A DNA stretch of 64,000 nt. Source: an uncultured Clostridia bacterium (GTDB lineage: Bacteria; Bacillota; Clostridia; TANB77; UBA1234). The DNA lies in NCBI GenBank assembly GCA_934132775.1, contig CAKPAA010000006.1:1983-65982 (forward strand), in the 5' to 3' direction. Within the stretch, counting starts at the first letter, position 1, and each line of letters begins with the position of its first letter. Positions 1 through 10,255 of this stretch are shown in pieces. The translations under genes were made by a program, and so were the position numbers. The notes under the pieces were generated by a model. It did no database searches and was not told the DNA's origin. It saw only the letters and a list, made by a program, of their open reading frames with translations.

Positions 1-198
1 TTGCAAAAAAATCTAAGCTAAATAACTTTTGTAGGCAGTTCGCTATTTATAATTTTACATTTGCTACTTATTGTTTGTTATTTGTTATATTCTTATTTTT
101 CTTCATATTTTCTGATTTTTAAAATAAAGATTATAATTTATTAGTCTCAATAATAAATAGTTAGTTATTGAATATTAAATTATTTCGACTAAAAATGA

Positions 199-972
199 TT
201 ACAATCTAAATTCATATGTTAATACTCTATCTTCCTCGGTCTTTTCTATACTAAAAGTTTTTGGAAATGTAATTGAAGTATCAAACTCTATTTCAAAATC
301 TAACTTTTGATTAGGAGCAATTGAAAACGAAGCATTCTCAGCATTATAAACTCCATCCTTAGTTGATGTCATGCTAGCAGAAGAAATCTTAATATCTGAC
401 TTCGACTTGTTTTCTATGGTAATATCAAACAAACACTTATTAACAGTAACTTTGTAGCCATTTACTATGTAATTAACGTTCCTTTTTTTAATACTTTCGT
501 CAACTTTTGAATAAGTAATAAAGTCATCTGGCGTTATAGTAGAATTTTTTTCACCAATAATTATCAAAAACGGCTGTGTAAGTTCATCTGAAAATTTTAA
601 TTTTATCATATACATATTTCTAGTTAAATTAACTAAACTTTCAACAGAATATGTTGAAAAATCAAGCTTGCTCATTTTCTCAACAAACTCTTCATAAGAT
701 ACATACTCATTATACTCTGGTGTGTTATAACTATATGCTTTTTCATAATTTTTCTCGCGTAGCTCTTTTAAATATGGTCCAATAGTTTTTTCAATTATAT
801 ATTTATAATCTAGCATAGTTATACTGCCGCCAGTATTTTTATCTCCTATTCTCTTCTCAATGCTATAATTTTCATCAAGAAAACTTGAAGATACCTTGAA
901 AAAAATCAACGCAATCAGAGAAATTAGCATAATGATAAATAGTATAGTTAAAAATATTTTCTTTGCTTTCAT
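199..972 (-). CDS. hypothetical membrane-anchored protein (single N-terminal TM helix, extracytoplasmic domain)
   Basis: Full-length ORF with hydrophobic N-terminus (FLTILFIIMLISLIALIFF). Lies 20 nt downstream of the preceding gene on the same strand, consistent with an operon with 993..1853 and 1873..7641. No recognisable catalytic motif. Confidence 0.5.
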   Translation of the reverse strand: MKAKKIFLTILFIIMLISLIALIFFKVSSSFLDENYSIEKRIGDKNTGGSITMLDYKYIIEKTIGPYLKELREKNYEKAYSYNTPEYNEYVSYEEFVEKMSKLDFSTYSVESLVNLTRNMYMIKLKFSDELTQPFLIIIGEKNSTITPDDFITYSKVDESIKKRNVNYIVNGYKVTVNKCLFDITIENKSKSDIKISSASMTSTKDGVYNAENASFSIAPNQKLDFEIEFDTSITFPKTFSIEKTEEDRVLTYEFRL

Positions 973-992
973 CTAAAATTACATTCCTTTCT

Positions 993-1853
993 CTACTCAA
1001 AGTATTCCTCTTGTATTACAATTGTTTGACCACTTATTATGCTGCCACTATTATTCTTCAAAGCTACATCAATATATAAATCTTCTGCATATGCAATGCT
1101 TTCTCTATTTTTAATAATAAAATTAACTCTTGTCGTTTCAGCTGGTGCAAGTTTAATATTTAAAGAATCATTAGCTTCTGATTTATACATCTTTCTATCT
1201 GTTCTATAAATATACGTATCTTCAAAAGAACCTTCAATCGCTTTGTTACTTACATTTTTTACTTCAACAGAATAAACTTTATATCCAGAATACTTAACTT
1301 CATACAACATCTTAAAACTTATGTTATTATCTACATAATTACTAGTTGCATCACTTGTAGTCAATGAAATTATATTATCGAACATAACACTATAACTTCC
1401 ATCAGAATTTTCGCTAATTACGATATCTTTAACACTCATAGATCCATTTCCTGAAACAGATATACTACAAGAATATTTGCCAAAACTTTCAACATAACTC
1501 ATCAAAGAAGCTGTATCAAAGTTTCCAAAATAGCTGTCAATTTGAGCCTTTAAATCTTCCTCAGATTTAATTTGTTTAAAGTCTTTATATGTTGGATCTA
1601 GGAGACTATAAAGAGTTTTATAGTCTCCGCTTTTAATATAGTCCAAAACTTCTTTTACAGATTTATCAATAAATGAATCAGTAACATATTCTTGCGAAGC
1701 TTCATATGCAGCTTGTTCTTTTTTTAGTTCAAAACTGTTTTTAACGTGTTCTGTTACTTTTGCAGTTCCTCTAATTGCATTTTCAAGCAAAATCAAGATT
1801 ACAACTATCATTAAAAATATTAAAATTCCTTTAATAATCTTCTTTTTATCCAT
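993..1853 (-). CDS. hypothetical membrane-anchored protein (N-terminal TM helix), architecture similar to 199..972
   Basis: ORF with N-terminal TM (ILIFLMIVVILILL) followed by a Ser/Asn/Tyr-rich soluble domain. Tightly spaced between the giant gene and 199..972. Confidence 0.5.
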   Translation of the reverse strand: MDKKKIIKGILIFLMIVVILILLENAIRGTAKVTEHVKNSFELKKEQAAYEASQEYVTDSFIDKSVKEVLDYIKSGDYKTLYSLLDPTYKDFKQIKSEEDLKAQIDSYFGNFDTASLMSYVESFGKYSCSISVSGNGSMSVKDIVISENSDGSYSVMFDNIISLTTSDATSNYVDNNISFKMLYEVKYSGYKVYSVEVKNVSNKAIEGSFEDTYIYRTDRKMYKSEANDSLNIKLAPAETTRVNFIIKNRESIAYAEDLYIDVALKNNSGSIISGQTIVIQEEYFE

Positions 1854-1872
1854 TTATTTTCCTCCAATTTAG

Positions 1873-4800
1873 TTACTGGTTATCAGGAACCTGAGCTAAC
1901 ATATAATTAAGCACTCCATTTTGATATGGCGGAATTCCACTAGCAGACTTAGCACCATCGTCATAATGCAAGTTCGCAAAAGCAGCAAAAGTACTATGTA
2001 CATTTTTACCGTGAGGTCCTTGGTTATACATCGCCGAAGCCGTTAAATATGTAATTAAAGTTTCTGGGGACATACCTAATCTTTTAGCAACTTTCTTCCA
2101 TTCTGAACTTTGGGCCATATCTTTTATTTCTGCATAGCTTACAGCTTTATCATACTTGCCAGCATAAATTCCATTTATTATGTTTTTAATATAACTTGCA
2201 GCCGTCAAAGCATTTGTATATGGTGTTCTCATCATTGATATCATAGTTTCAGTATCAGTTATTCCCATACTTCTATATATACCAATAGCCGTCGATGGTA
2301 ACAATTGCATTACGCCTTGAGCTCTTCTCAAATTCTTTAAACGTCCACCATAAGAGTATTGAAGTCCTGCTGCCTTAGCATCGCCTCTAGCCTTTCCCTT
2401 TGGAATTTCGTGTGATTCAATTCCAGGTTGGAATCCTGATTCTGCGTTTCCTGCAATACCCATAATAAATGTTGGATCTAAACCAGCCACAACAGCTGCC
2501 ATATAAGTTGCTTTCATTCCAACATCCTTTGCATTACTTAAAGTACCGTACACAACATACATATTATAATAACAAACATAATGTATAGAAAAGTTATCAG
2601 TAGATGATATTCTTCCCAAGTTTCCGGCTTCAACTCCTGTTGGAAAACCGGCTGCACTTAAAATTGGGACTAACTTTTCTTCTATAACTTTAGCCATATT
2701 TTCATCGTAGTCACCACTCATTATATTGTCACCACTTGATATAATTCCCTTTGCTTTAAATGACTGTTGAAGTTGAACAAGGTCTGTTATCATTCCGCCT
2801 GGATACTTGTTGTCAGTTGTAAATACAGTCGTACTAACTGGTCCATCATAAAAACCAACTACAAGTGGATTTTCTATATCTGCAAATCTAAGCAATAGCC
2901 CAGCAGGAAGTTGTAACCTTTTTTGTGCTAATGCACTATTTATATCGAAAAATGCTGACTGAGCTCTAACGTCGTAACCACCGTAACCTTCCAAATCTAT
3001 TCCTGGATCGGTCGCTTCTCCAAATGGTTCATAAGTTTTCTCTGCTGTTATTGATGCTGCACTTACTGCCATTTTAATGTCAGGAACAAGTGGCTCTATT
3101 GGTACGTTATTTCCCCATACTACACCAGCACCAGCATAACTAGATTCATCAGTTTGCACTGAAATTCCACCAACTCCAATGTTAGTCAAATTAACTTGTT
3201 CTGCACTAATTACTTCTGCTAAAATTCTTGTACTCGATTCAGGTAAATAATTAGAATTATTAGCACCACTACCAGAAAAATCTCCTGAGTCTGAATCATT
3301 TTGTGATGTGCTATCTTCTAGTAATTTCAATGAACATTGCCAATATTTAGGATCTAGTACCCCTTCTTTAATAATATATTTTTTGTTTTCGCCATCATTT
3401 TGTACATAGAAAAATGCACTTGCACTTACAGAGGTTGCAATATCCGATTCGTTAAAAACAACATATCTAGTTCCATCTCCACTTGTATAAAAAGCCGCTG
3501 AACGTAAGAAAGTAAGATCTCTGTTTCCTAGTTGTTGGCCATCTGAATATAACTCTTGTCCATCAGCAACATTTTGTAATAAAACAGTTCTCATTAAAGA
3601 ATAATATTCTGAAGCTAAAATAGCATTCTTATTACCATTTGCATTTGTGCGTACTTCTAATGCTTTTTCTTGATTATAGAATGGACTAAATATAGGTGCA
3701 AAATATTTTGAAGGGCTCTGCATTTCTCCATTGACCTTAACTCCCATATGTAAGTGGTATCCACCACTGTTACCTGTTGTTCCTTCATAACCAACAATAG
3801 TTCCAGCTCCAACAATGTCACCAACTTGTACATTAGGCCATCTCTTCATATGAACGTAGTGAGTTGTAACTGTATAGTTATCACTTATTGTATGCAAAAC
3901 ATTTACACAGAAACCACTGTAACAGTTGTATTCAGCTTTTATTACAATTCCAGGCGCTGCTGAAACTAAAGGCGACATCTTTGAATATTCAGTTAATTCT
4001 GCATTTAGCTCCGATTCAGCAAATGAGTATTTCTTCGTAGTCGTTCTAAGGCTGTTTAAAAAGGCGTCGCTAGCTGTTAAGGTGTTTCCATTATTGATTT
4101 TTCTTCTTGCTTTCATTTGTTTCAAGGCATATGTATATACGTCGCCTGCTACTCCTGCTTCGTGTTTTAAAATTTTCTTTATAACTGCACGACCAGTCCA
4201 GTCAGCACCAGCGTGACCATTTTTAAATCCTCCTCCATAGAACTTGCCAGTTTCAAGAGCGTTCATCATGTAATACGTTCTAATATAAGGACTTCCGAAT
4301 GGGAATAATCCATATACTGCTGCAACTCCTCTACTTGAATTTACGCATTCAGGATAACTTTGATAATCAACTACTTGCCAGTATATATTATCTTTCTTCG
4401 TTCTCATTCGTTTTTGTTCTGCCTGTGTCAGCGCATCTCCTTGTCCAGTTCCCTCAGCAGCGAGTCGCTCCGTCCAAAATGCCATCTGGGTTATTCCGTC
4501 ATCAAAATCCCAAACGGAATCATCCAAATACATGTATGTATAGCCCGTTTTCAGTATTCCATCATTTTGCCTTATACACATAATAAGCTTATATAAGTCT
4601 CTCATAAAGGCATACGCCGTTTCAGAGCCCTCTGCATATTTCTCCCAAGCTAGTAGCATATTCATCGAATCAGATTCTTTTATTGCATACTTATCTACCG
4701 CTACATTAGAAAAATATTTACTAAACATTTTAACTCTGTATTGTGACTGCTCACTTATTTGAAATACTCTAACACCAAAACTAAAATATGAATGTGGTAT

Positions 4801-7641
4801 AACATATCTATAATTATCAGGTACAAATGGATTTTGTACAATTTGAATGTTATACGATGTAGATTTTGCCCAGCTTTGTGCTTCTGTAACAAGCATTACA
4901 GACATTCTTTTTTGTGGCACATTCATCGTTAATGTAACTGTTTCTTCATCTATTGCAAATACACCTTTTTCTGGGAAGTCAGCAGCTAATTTATATTCCG
5001 GTTGTGTGCCATCTGCAAATCCTACTATTCTTACTCCAGTAATCTCAACATCTCCAATTATTTTTGCATTTTTTGGTAAATCACCTTTCACAACATCTTC
5101 AAGATCTGGTTTATTAGACTCAGCAATGCCATACACCTTATCTCTAAATTTTTCGTTATTATCCATCAAATCAGTTGATCTGCCTAAAATCGCTTCATTA
5201 AAATGTCCTCTTATACTGTCTTTTGCTTCGTCTTCAACACCTAAAATAGCAAAATAGTAGAATGGGAATTTTTGATGGTATCCCTCTAAATCACTTAATG
5301 GCTTACCTGCTACACTAGTTCCACCACCAGCTGCTGGTTTTTCTGCTACGCCACCTTCTTGAGTCCATTTGTACAAATAATTCGCAAACTTTCTCGTTTG
5401 ACGATCCTGAACAAACATTTCTGCCGCCTTAATATTAGGATTGTCATTAAACTGGCTTTCTGCATTTTTTATAGCCTCTCTGAAGAAATAATCAGATAAC
5501 GTGTCTCTTGCTTCTTCATTATCAGATACCTCCTCCCAGTTGTATTCAATATTGAAATCAGATGTTCCTATTCCCGATCCATAAACCGTTCTTGATCCAC
5601 TAGAACCCAATGTATATGTTGTACTGTTCGAAGCCAAGTTGACTTTTTTGCCTAAAACTATGCACTTTGCTCCATTGTAAACAATAGTCTCGCCAACTGA
5701 ATATTTTGTCCCTAAATCACCCTCTTCTTCGATAGTAAATGGTGCAATTAATATCTTGTCGTCATCAACCTTAAAGCTATTATCATCATTTTTTTCATTT
5801 TCATCATTTTTATCATCCTTACTTGTAGTGTTATTCTTCTTAGGAATCGTATATTGGTAACTATATGAATAATCAAATTCAACTTTAAGTTGATATTTTT
5901 GCAAAAATTCTGCATTCACTGATAAGAAATCTGTAACAACTGGAACGACTTCTTCAACTTCTGTTCCCGTTACTTCTGAATTTGTACAACCAGGTCCTAA
6001 TTCTCCTTTGCTAGATAATGCTGCAAAGTCGTACATTTCGAAAACACTAAATCTATTTGATTGTAAGCCTGCCTGTCCAAATTTTAGAAAAGTTTGTTCA
6101 TTTGTTGCAGCAAATGTTTTCATTTCGTCAGCCATTTCTGCATTGCCATCGCTGTCTCTTTTTATTTTACCATATTCATCATATTGAACTGATAGCACAG
6201 TTTCATCTCCTGCAGTCTCGCCATTTAAGCAATAATAATTATATATTGTCTTTATGTCCTGCATCATACTTTTTACTGCAAAACTATAAGAATCTTCTTC
6301 ACCATCTTTTCCTAATTCATCAGAATCTTTTATTGTATACCAAGCCGTTAGCAAACTTGACTTCGGCATATACCTATCTATCAATTGTTCCAAAGGAAAT
6401 TTATAAGCTGTAGAGCCACCGGTATTTGTGTAGTATAAAACTGGTGGAAATTCTTCATCTGCAATTGGCCAATTTTTAGAATCCGCATAGTTAGTTATAG
6501 AACCATCTAAGTTTAATTTTTCTCCATCGTCTCCCAGCTTAATTCTCATAACATCATTTGCAACATCAATGCTCTTAGGCAGATATGGATTAAACATATT
6601 AAGTAGCATATTAGCCTGCATAAGCTTTAAACTACCAATGTTTGATGAGTTAATTGCTACTCCAGAGTTTTCTGTATTAGTTGATTTGGCTCCTCCTTTT
6701 TCATATTGTTGTCTTATTGCATTTGTTGCTTCTTTTCCTTCTCCAATTTGTTTGTTATCTCCTACATTTTCAAAAGCATAATATCTATATTTATTTTCTT
6801 CTCTTAAAACTGTTATATATGGCACCAAGGAACCCGCACCATCTTCATACGGCTGTGATTTATATTCGTATGTCAATAGTGGTGGAAAACAACCTAAATC
6901 TCCTCCCATTGCTGTGTAACCAGTTCCTTCTAGCCCAACCTCTGCTGGACTCTTCAAACCAAATCTTGCAGAATTTTGACCTGCAATAACGGCTTTCATC
7001 CAGTTATCATGTGTAATTAAAGACATATCATACTCTACCTTTACAGGTAAATATGGCATATATTTAGGTGAAGCAGCTTTTGTACTTTTTGTGTTTCCAC
7101 CATTTCCATTACTCTTACTAGTAGTATCTTTCTGAATTGGTCCAACAAACGTATCATCTTTTTCTTTTGATGTTGATGCACTCTTATCACCAGAAAATCC
7201 AACACCAGATTTTACGTTTACTACATCATATGAACTCTTATCTCCCGCAAGATACTTATTCTGCCCCTCATATATATACTCAGCCACATCAATGAGCACC
7301 GAATATTCATAAGCATGAAACTCTTGCCAATTTTTTTCACTTATAAAAGATGAGTAACCAGCATAACCAATAGAACCAACCAGTACCTCATAGTCAGCAT
7401 CTGTTGAAATTCCTGCATACTCAACATTAAAATGTTTTGCTATGGCGTGCTGTGCTGTTCCTACAACTACAAGCATAACTAAAATTATAATCATAACAGA
7501 TATAAGCGTCGATACGACGAAACCAACACCTGATAAAAAGAACTTGACTGTTTTTACGGCTCTTTTTATTGTTTTCTTAAATCCGTTATATACTTTTTTT
7601 ATTCCATCTACGACACCATTTACTTGTTCCAAAAAACTCAT
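1873..7641 (-). CDS. giant (about 1920 aa) membrane-anchored peptidoglycan hydrolase with peptidase M23 (LytM-like) and C-terminal lytic transglycosylase (SLT) domains
   Basis: Single uninterrupted ORF. N-terminal TM (FFLSGVGFVVSTLISVMIIILVMLVVV). M23 motifs HYVHMK...GYHLHMG around residue 1270. SLT motifs AESGF and MQLLPSTA near the C-terminus. GGAGG RBS is 10 nt before the ATG that gives MSFLEQ, so the start is probably 7641 rather than 7650. Confidence 0.8.
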   Translation of the reverse strand: MSFLEQVNGVVDGIKKVYNGFKKTIKRAVKTVKFFLSGVGFVVSTLISVMIIILVMLVVVGTAQHAIAKHFNVEYAGISTDADYEVLVGSIGYAGYSSFISEKNWQEFHAYEYSVLIDVAEYIYEGQNKYLAGDKSSYDVVNVKSGVGFSGDKSASTSKEKDDTFVGPIQKDTTSKSNGNGGNTKSTKAASPKYMPYLPVKVEYDMSLITHDNWMKAVIAGQNSARFGLKSPAEVGLEGTGYTAMGGDLGCFPPLLTYEYKSQPYEDGAGSLVPYITVLREENKYRYYAFENVGDNKQIGEGKEATNAIRQQYEKGGAKSTNTENSGVAINSSNIGSLKLMQANMLLNMFNPYLPKSIDVANDVMRIKLGDDGEKLNLDGSITNYADSKNWPIADEEFPPVLYYTNTGGSTAYKFPLEQLIDRYMPKSSLLTAWYTIKDSDELGKDGEEDSYSFAVKSMMQDIKTIYNYYCLNGETAGDETVLSVQYDEYGKIKRDSDGNAEMADEMKTFAATNEQTFLKFGQAGLQSNRFSVFEMYDFAALSSKGELGPGCTNSEVTGTEVEEVVPVVTDFLSVNAEFLQKYQLKVEFDYSYSYQYTIPKKNNTTSKDDKNDENEKNDDNSFKVDDDKILIAPFTIEEEGDLGTKYSVGETIVYNGAKCIVLGKKVNLASNSTTYTLGSSGSRTVYGSGIGTSDFNIEYNWEEVSDNEEARDTLSDYFFREAIKNAESQFNDNPNIKAAEMFVQDRQTRKFANYLYKWTQEGGVAEKPAAGGGTSVAGKPLSDLEGYHQKFPFYYFAILGVEDEAKDSIRGHFNEAILGRSTDLMDNNEKFRDKVYGIAESNKPDLEDVVKGDLPKNAKIIGDVEITGVRIVGFADGTQPEYKLAADFPEKGVFAIDEETVTLTMNVPQKRMSVMLVTEAQSWAKSTSYNIQIVQNPFVPDNYRYVIPHSYFSFGVRVFQISEQSQYRVKMFSKYFSNVAVDKYAIKESDSMNMLLAWEKYAEGSETAYAFMRDLYKLIMCIRQNDGILKTGYTYMYLDDSVWDFDDGITQMAFWTERLAAEGTGQGDALTQAEQKRMRTKKDNIYWQVVDYQSYPECVNSSRGVAAVYGLFPFGSPYIRTYYMMNALETGKFYGGGFKNGHAGADWTGRAVIKKILKHEAGVAGDVYTYALKQMKARRKINNGNTLTASDAFLNSLRTTTKKYSFAESELNAELTEYSKMSPLVSAAPGIVIKAEYNCYSGFCVNVLHTISDNYTVTTHYVHMKRWPNVQVGDIVGAGTIVGYEGTTGNSGGYHLHMGVKVNGEMQSPSKYFAPIFSPFYNQEKALEVRTNANGNKNAILASEYYSLMRTVLLQNVADGQELYSDGQQLGNRDLTFLRSAAFYTSGDGTRYVVFNESDIATSVSASAFFYVQNDGENKKYIIKEGVLDPKYWQCSLKLLEDSTSQNDSDSGDFSGSGANNSNYLPESSTRILAEVISAEQVNLTNIGVGGISVQTDESSYAGAGVVWGNNVPIEPLVPDIKMAVSAASITAEKTYEPFGEATDPGIDLEGYGGYDVRAQSAFFDINSALAQKRLQLPAGLLLRFADIENPLVVGFYDGPVSTTVFTTDNKYPGGMITDLVQLQQSFKAKGIISSGDNIMSGDYDENMAKVIEEKLVPILSAAGFPTGVEAGNLGRISSTDNFSIHYVCYYNMYVVYGTLSNAKDVGMKATYMAAVVAGLDPTFIMGIAGNAESGFQPGIESHEIPKGKARGDAKAAGLQYSYGGRLKNLRRAQGVMQLLPSTAIGIYRSMGITDTETMISMMRTPYTNALTAASYIKNIINGIYAGKYDKAVSYAEIKDMAQSSEWKKVAKRLGMSPETLITYLTASAMYNQGPHGKNVHSTFAAFANLHYDDGAKSASGIPPYQNGVLNYMLAQVPDNQ

Positions 7642-7788
7642 AAGGTTCATACCTCCTCATTACACTTATTTTAATTTTACCTTAAAAAGCCCAAAGTATC
7701 AACAAAAAACTAAAAATATTCTGTGAATTTTTTCTTTTTGATTATATTTGTTTATTTTTGAGTAAATACTATTTTTCGAGGTGATTTT

Positions 7789-8701
7789 ATGAATTTTGGT
7801 ATAAGAACGGATTTAGCATTAGAAACACGTGAAATCTACAAAAAAGCACAAAACATCGAAGACGAAGTGCCTGGCGTTGAAACAATTATTGATGATTCAG
7901 ATAGTGATTTTTTATTTACTCACGTAAAAATTGTATCTGATGAAGGAGCTTCTGCCCTTGGAAAACCTATTGGTGACTATATTACAATAGAGTCAAAATA
8001 TATGAATGATGAAGTTGAAAATATTGATGAAAAGATAATCAAAAGAATGGCAAATGTTATTAAAGATATTTCACATATGGTAAAGAAAGATTCTGTTTTA
8101 GTTGTCGGGCTTGGAAATGAGGATGTAACTCCGGATGCTCTTGGCCCAAAAGTTGTTGATAGTTTGAGTATTACAAGACATCTTTTGCAATACGCTCCTG
8201 AACTTGTTGGCGAAAACACTAGGGCTGTTAGTGCTATTGTGCCTGGTGTGCTTGGCACAACTGGTATTGAAACTGGTGATATTATAAAAGGAATTGTAGA
8301 GAAAATAAATCCTGATTTTGTTATTGTGGTTGATGCTTTGGCAGCAAAAGATATGAATAGAATTAGTAGAACTATTCAAATAAGTAATACAGGAATAACA
8401 CCTCGGTTCAGGTGTTAAAAATAATAGATTTTCTATAACTAAGGATTCTCTTGGCATTCCCGTTATAGCTATTGGAGTGCCAACAGTTGTGGGCGTGCCA
8501 ACCATTGTAAATGAGGCTATTTCTTATGTTTCAGATAAGTTTCCTGATGTGAAAGAGCCTTTGGAAAATAAGAACTATATGCAAGAAATCCTTGAAAATA
8601 AAGACTTTGATTTTATGGTTACTCCTAATGATATTGACGATATAATAACAAATATATCTAACCTTGTAGCCGAAGGTATAAACACCGCACTACAAAATTA
8701 G
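7789..8701 (+). pseudogene. gpr: germination protease Gpr (spore protease), reading frame interrupted by a 1-nt insertion near 8404
   Basis: N-terminus MNFGIRTDLALE matches the Gpr N-terminus. ORF 7789..8418 ends ...ISNTGITPRFRC*. The +1 frame continues GSGVKNNRFSITKDSLGIPVIAIGVPTVV, the conserved Gpr core, into ORF 8477..8701. Deleting the c at 8404 (cct c ggt) restores ...ITPGSGV... Convergent with holA, a conserved gene neighbour. Confidence 0.8.
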
Positions 8702-8712
8702 ATATTTTAAAA

Positions 8713-9672
8713 TTATCCGCATATTACTCTTTCTAGGCCTATTTTTAAATCTATTAAACCCGTTTTAGAGTCTATATCAAGTTTTGCAAGTTCTTTTATC
8801 ATTCTTACTAATTCATCTAGTTTAAAAGACCTTGCTTGACTTGTGTATTTATTAGCTGCATACGTTGATTTCGTTGCAAGCTCATCCATAACATTTTTAT
8901 TTTCCATCATTGCTATTTTGGCAACTAGTAATGATTTAAAGTGTTTTGCTATCATTATTACAATTTTTTGAATTGGTTCTTTGTTTTCCAGTAAGTCGTT
9001 AAGCGATTTTAAAGCACCTTTAACGTTTTTATTTCCTAAACTATCAGTCAAATCAAATATAATAACGTCTGATGTTCTTATGCAAAGTAAATCTATTATT
9101 TCTTTATTTACAGTTTTAGCCTCCATCGCATAATCAATTAGTTTATCTATTTCATTTCTTAGTACAAGTTTATCTGTGCCAACTAAGTTTATTAAATAAT
9201 TTATATCGTTGTTTGAAATTGTAACTTCATTTTCTTTAAAAATCTTTGTGCACCAAGTTAATAATTCATATTCTTTTTTCTTTTCACATACTATACATTT
9301 TCCGTATTTGTCTACAAGTTTGTATATTCTGCTTCTTTTTTGAAAATCTCCTAAAAAAACAACGCATACGTCTTCTAACGAAGATAGAGATTTTTCTAAG
9401 CTTTCAGTTAACCAATCATTTTTCTCTTCCACTTGTTCAGTATCGCTTTTTTCTTTTTTGTCTATTTTAACTATTATAAGTTTCTTTTCAAAGCCAAATG
9501 GATATGTGTTGATTTCATTTTCTAAACTGTTTATTCCATCTTTTTCTAGCGTTATGAAGTTAATTCCTTTTACAATTTGTCCAAAATCGTCTTTTATTTT
9601 TTCAAGTGCTTCTTGCTTTTCAAAAGCTTCATCACCCGTTATTAAATACAAATTATTTTCCATTAAAACCAC
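8713..9672 (-). CDS. holA: DNA polymerase III delta subunit
   Basis: 319 aa. N-terminal LYLITGDE motif of HolA. The holA-gpr neighbourhood is conserved in Bacillus and Clostridium. Confidence 0.8.
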   Translation of the reverse strand: MVLMENNLYLITGDEAFEKQEALEKIKDDFGQIVKGINFITLEKDGINSLENEINTYPFGFEKKLIIVKIDKKEKSDTEQVEEKNDWLTESLEKSLSSLEDVCVVFLGDFQKRSRIYKLVDKYGKCIVCEKKKEYELLTWCTKIFKENEVTISNNDINYLINLVGTDKLVLRNEIDKLIDYAMEAKTVNKEIIDLLCIRTSDVIIFDLTDSLGNKNVKGALKSLNDLLENKEPIQKIVIMIAKHFKSLLVAKIAMMENKNVMDELATKSTYAANKYTSQARSFKLDELVRMIKELAKLDIDSKTGLIDLKIGLERVICG

Positions 9673-9752
9673 TTTACCTTTACTTAAAATATCAATACGA
9701 ATATAAATTTTATTTATGTATTATCAAGTAAGATGCCAAAATAGCAAAAATA

Positions 9753-10241
9753 TTACATAATTTCCTTTGCGAATCTATAACTATGTGCGTGACATATTGC
9801 AATAGCTATTGCGTCCGTTGTATCATCTAGCTTTGGTACACTTTCTAAATTTAATATTGTTTTAACCATCATTTGTACTTGTTTTTTATCTGCTCGTCCA
9901 TATCCAACAACACCTTGTTTTACTTGTAATGGCGTGTATTCGTATATTGGAATATTGTTCTTTGCAGCGATGATAAGCACTGCACCTCTTCCTTGTGCAA
10001 CTCCTATTGCCGTTGTAGTGTTTCTATTAAAAAATAATTCTTCTATCGATATCGCATCTGGTTTATATTCATTTACTAAAAGTTGCATATCATCGTATAT
10101 TTTTAAAAGTCTTTTTGGGAGTGGAACACCCGCTTTTGTCTCAATTGCTCCACTCTTTACCAATTCGAAATGATTTCCTGTGTAATCTAAAACTGCATAT
10201 CCTGTTATCGCATAACCAGGGTCTATTCCTATTATTCTCAT
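9753..10241 (-). CDS. ruvC: crossover junction endodeoxyribonuclease RuvC
   Basis: MRIIGIDPGYAITGYAVLDY... matches the RuvC N-terminus. The true start is probably the internal Met of ORF 9753..10289. Confidence 0.9.
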   Translation of the reverse strand: MRIIGIDPGYAITGYAVLDYTGNHFELVKSGAIETKAGVPLPKRLLKIYDDMQLLVNEYKPDAISIEELFFNRNTTTAIGVAQGRGAVLIIAAKNNIPIYEYTPLQVKQGVVGYGRADKKQVQMMVKTILNLESVPKLDDTTDAIAIAICHAHSYRFAKEIM

Positions 10242-10255
10242 CTTGCACCTCTCAT

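Noticed and set aside
3754-7726. Many 60-140-aa plus-strand ORFs (for example 3754..3963, 4847..5257, 6057..6413, 7442..7726) inside the giant minus-strand gene
   Set aside because: They lie entirely within a long, motif-rich minus-strand ORF, have no RBS and encode low-complexity peptides. They are frame artefacts of AT-rich DNA.
7651-7788. SigmaF/sigmaG-type forespore promoter upstream of gpr
   Set aside because: I looked for GHATR-N17/18-CATNNTA. A GAATT lies at a plausible distance, but the -10 match is unconvincing. Not called.
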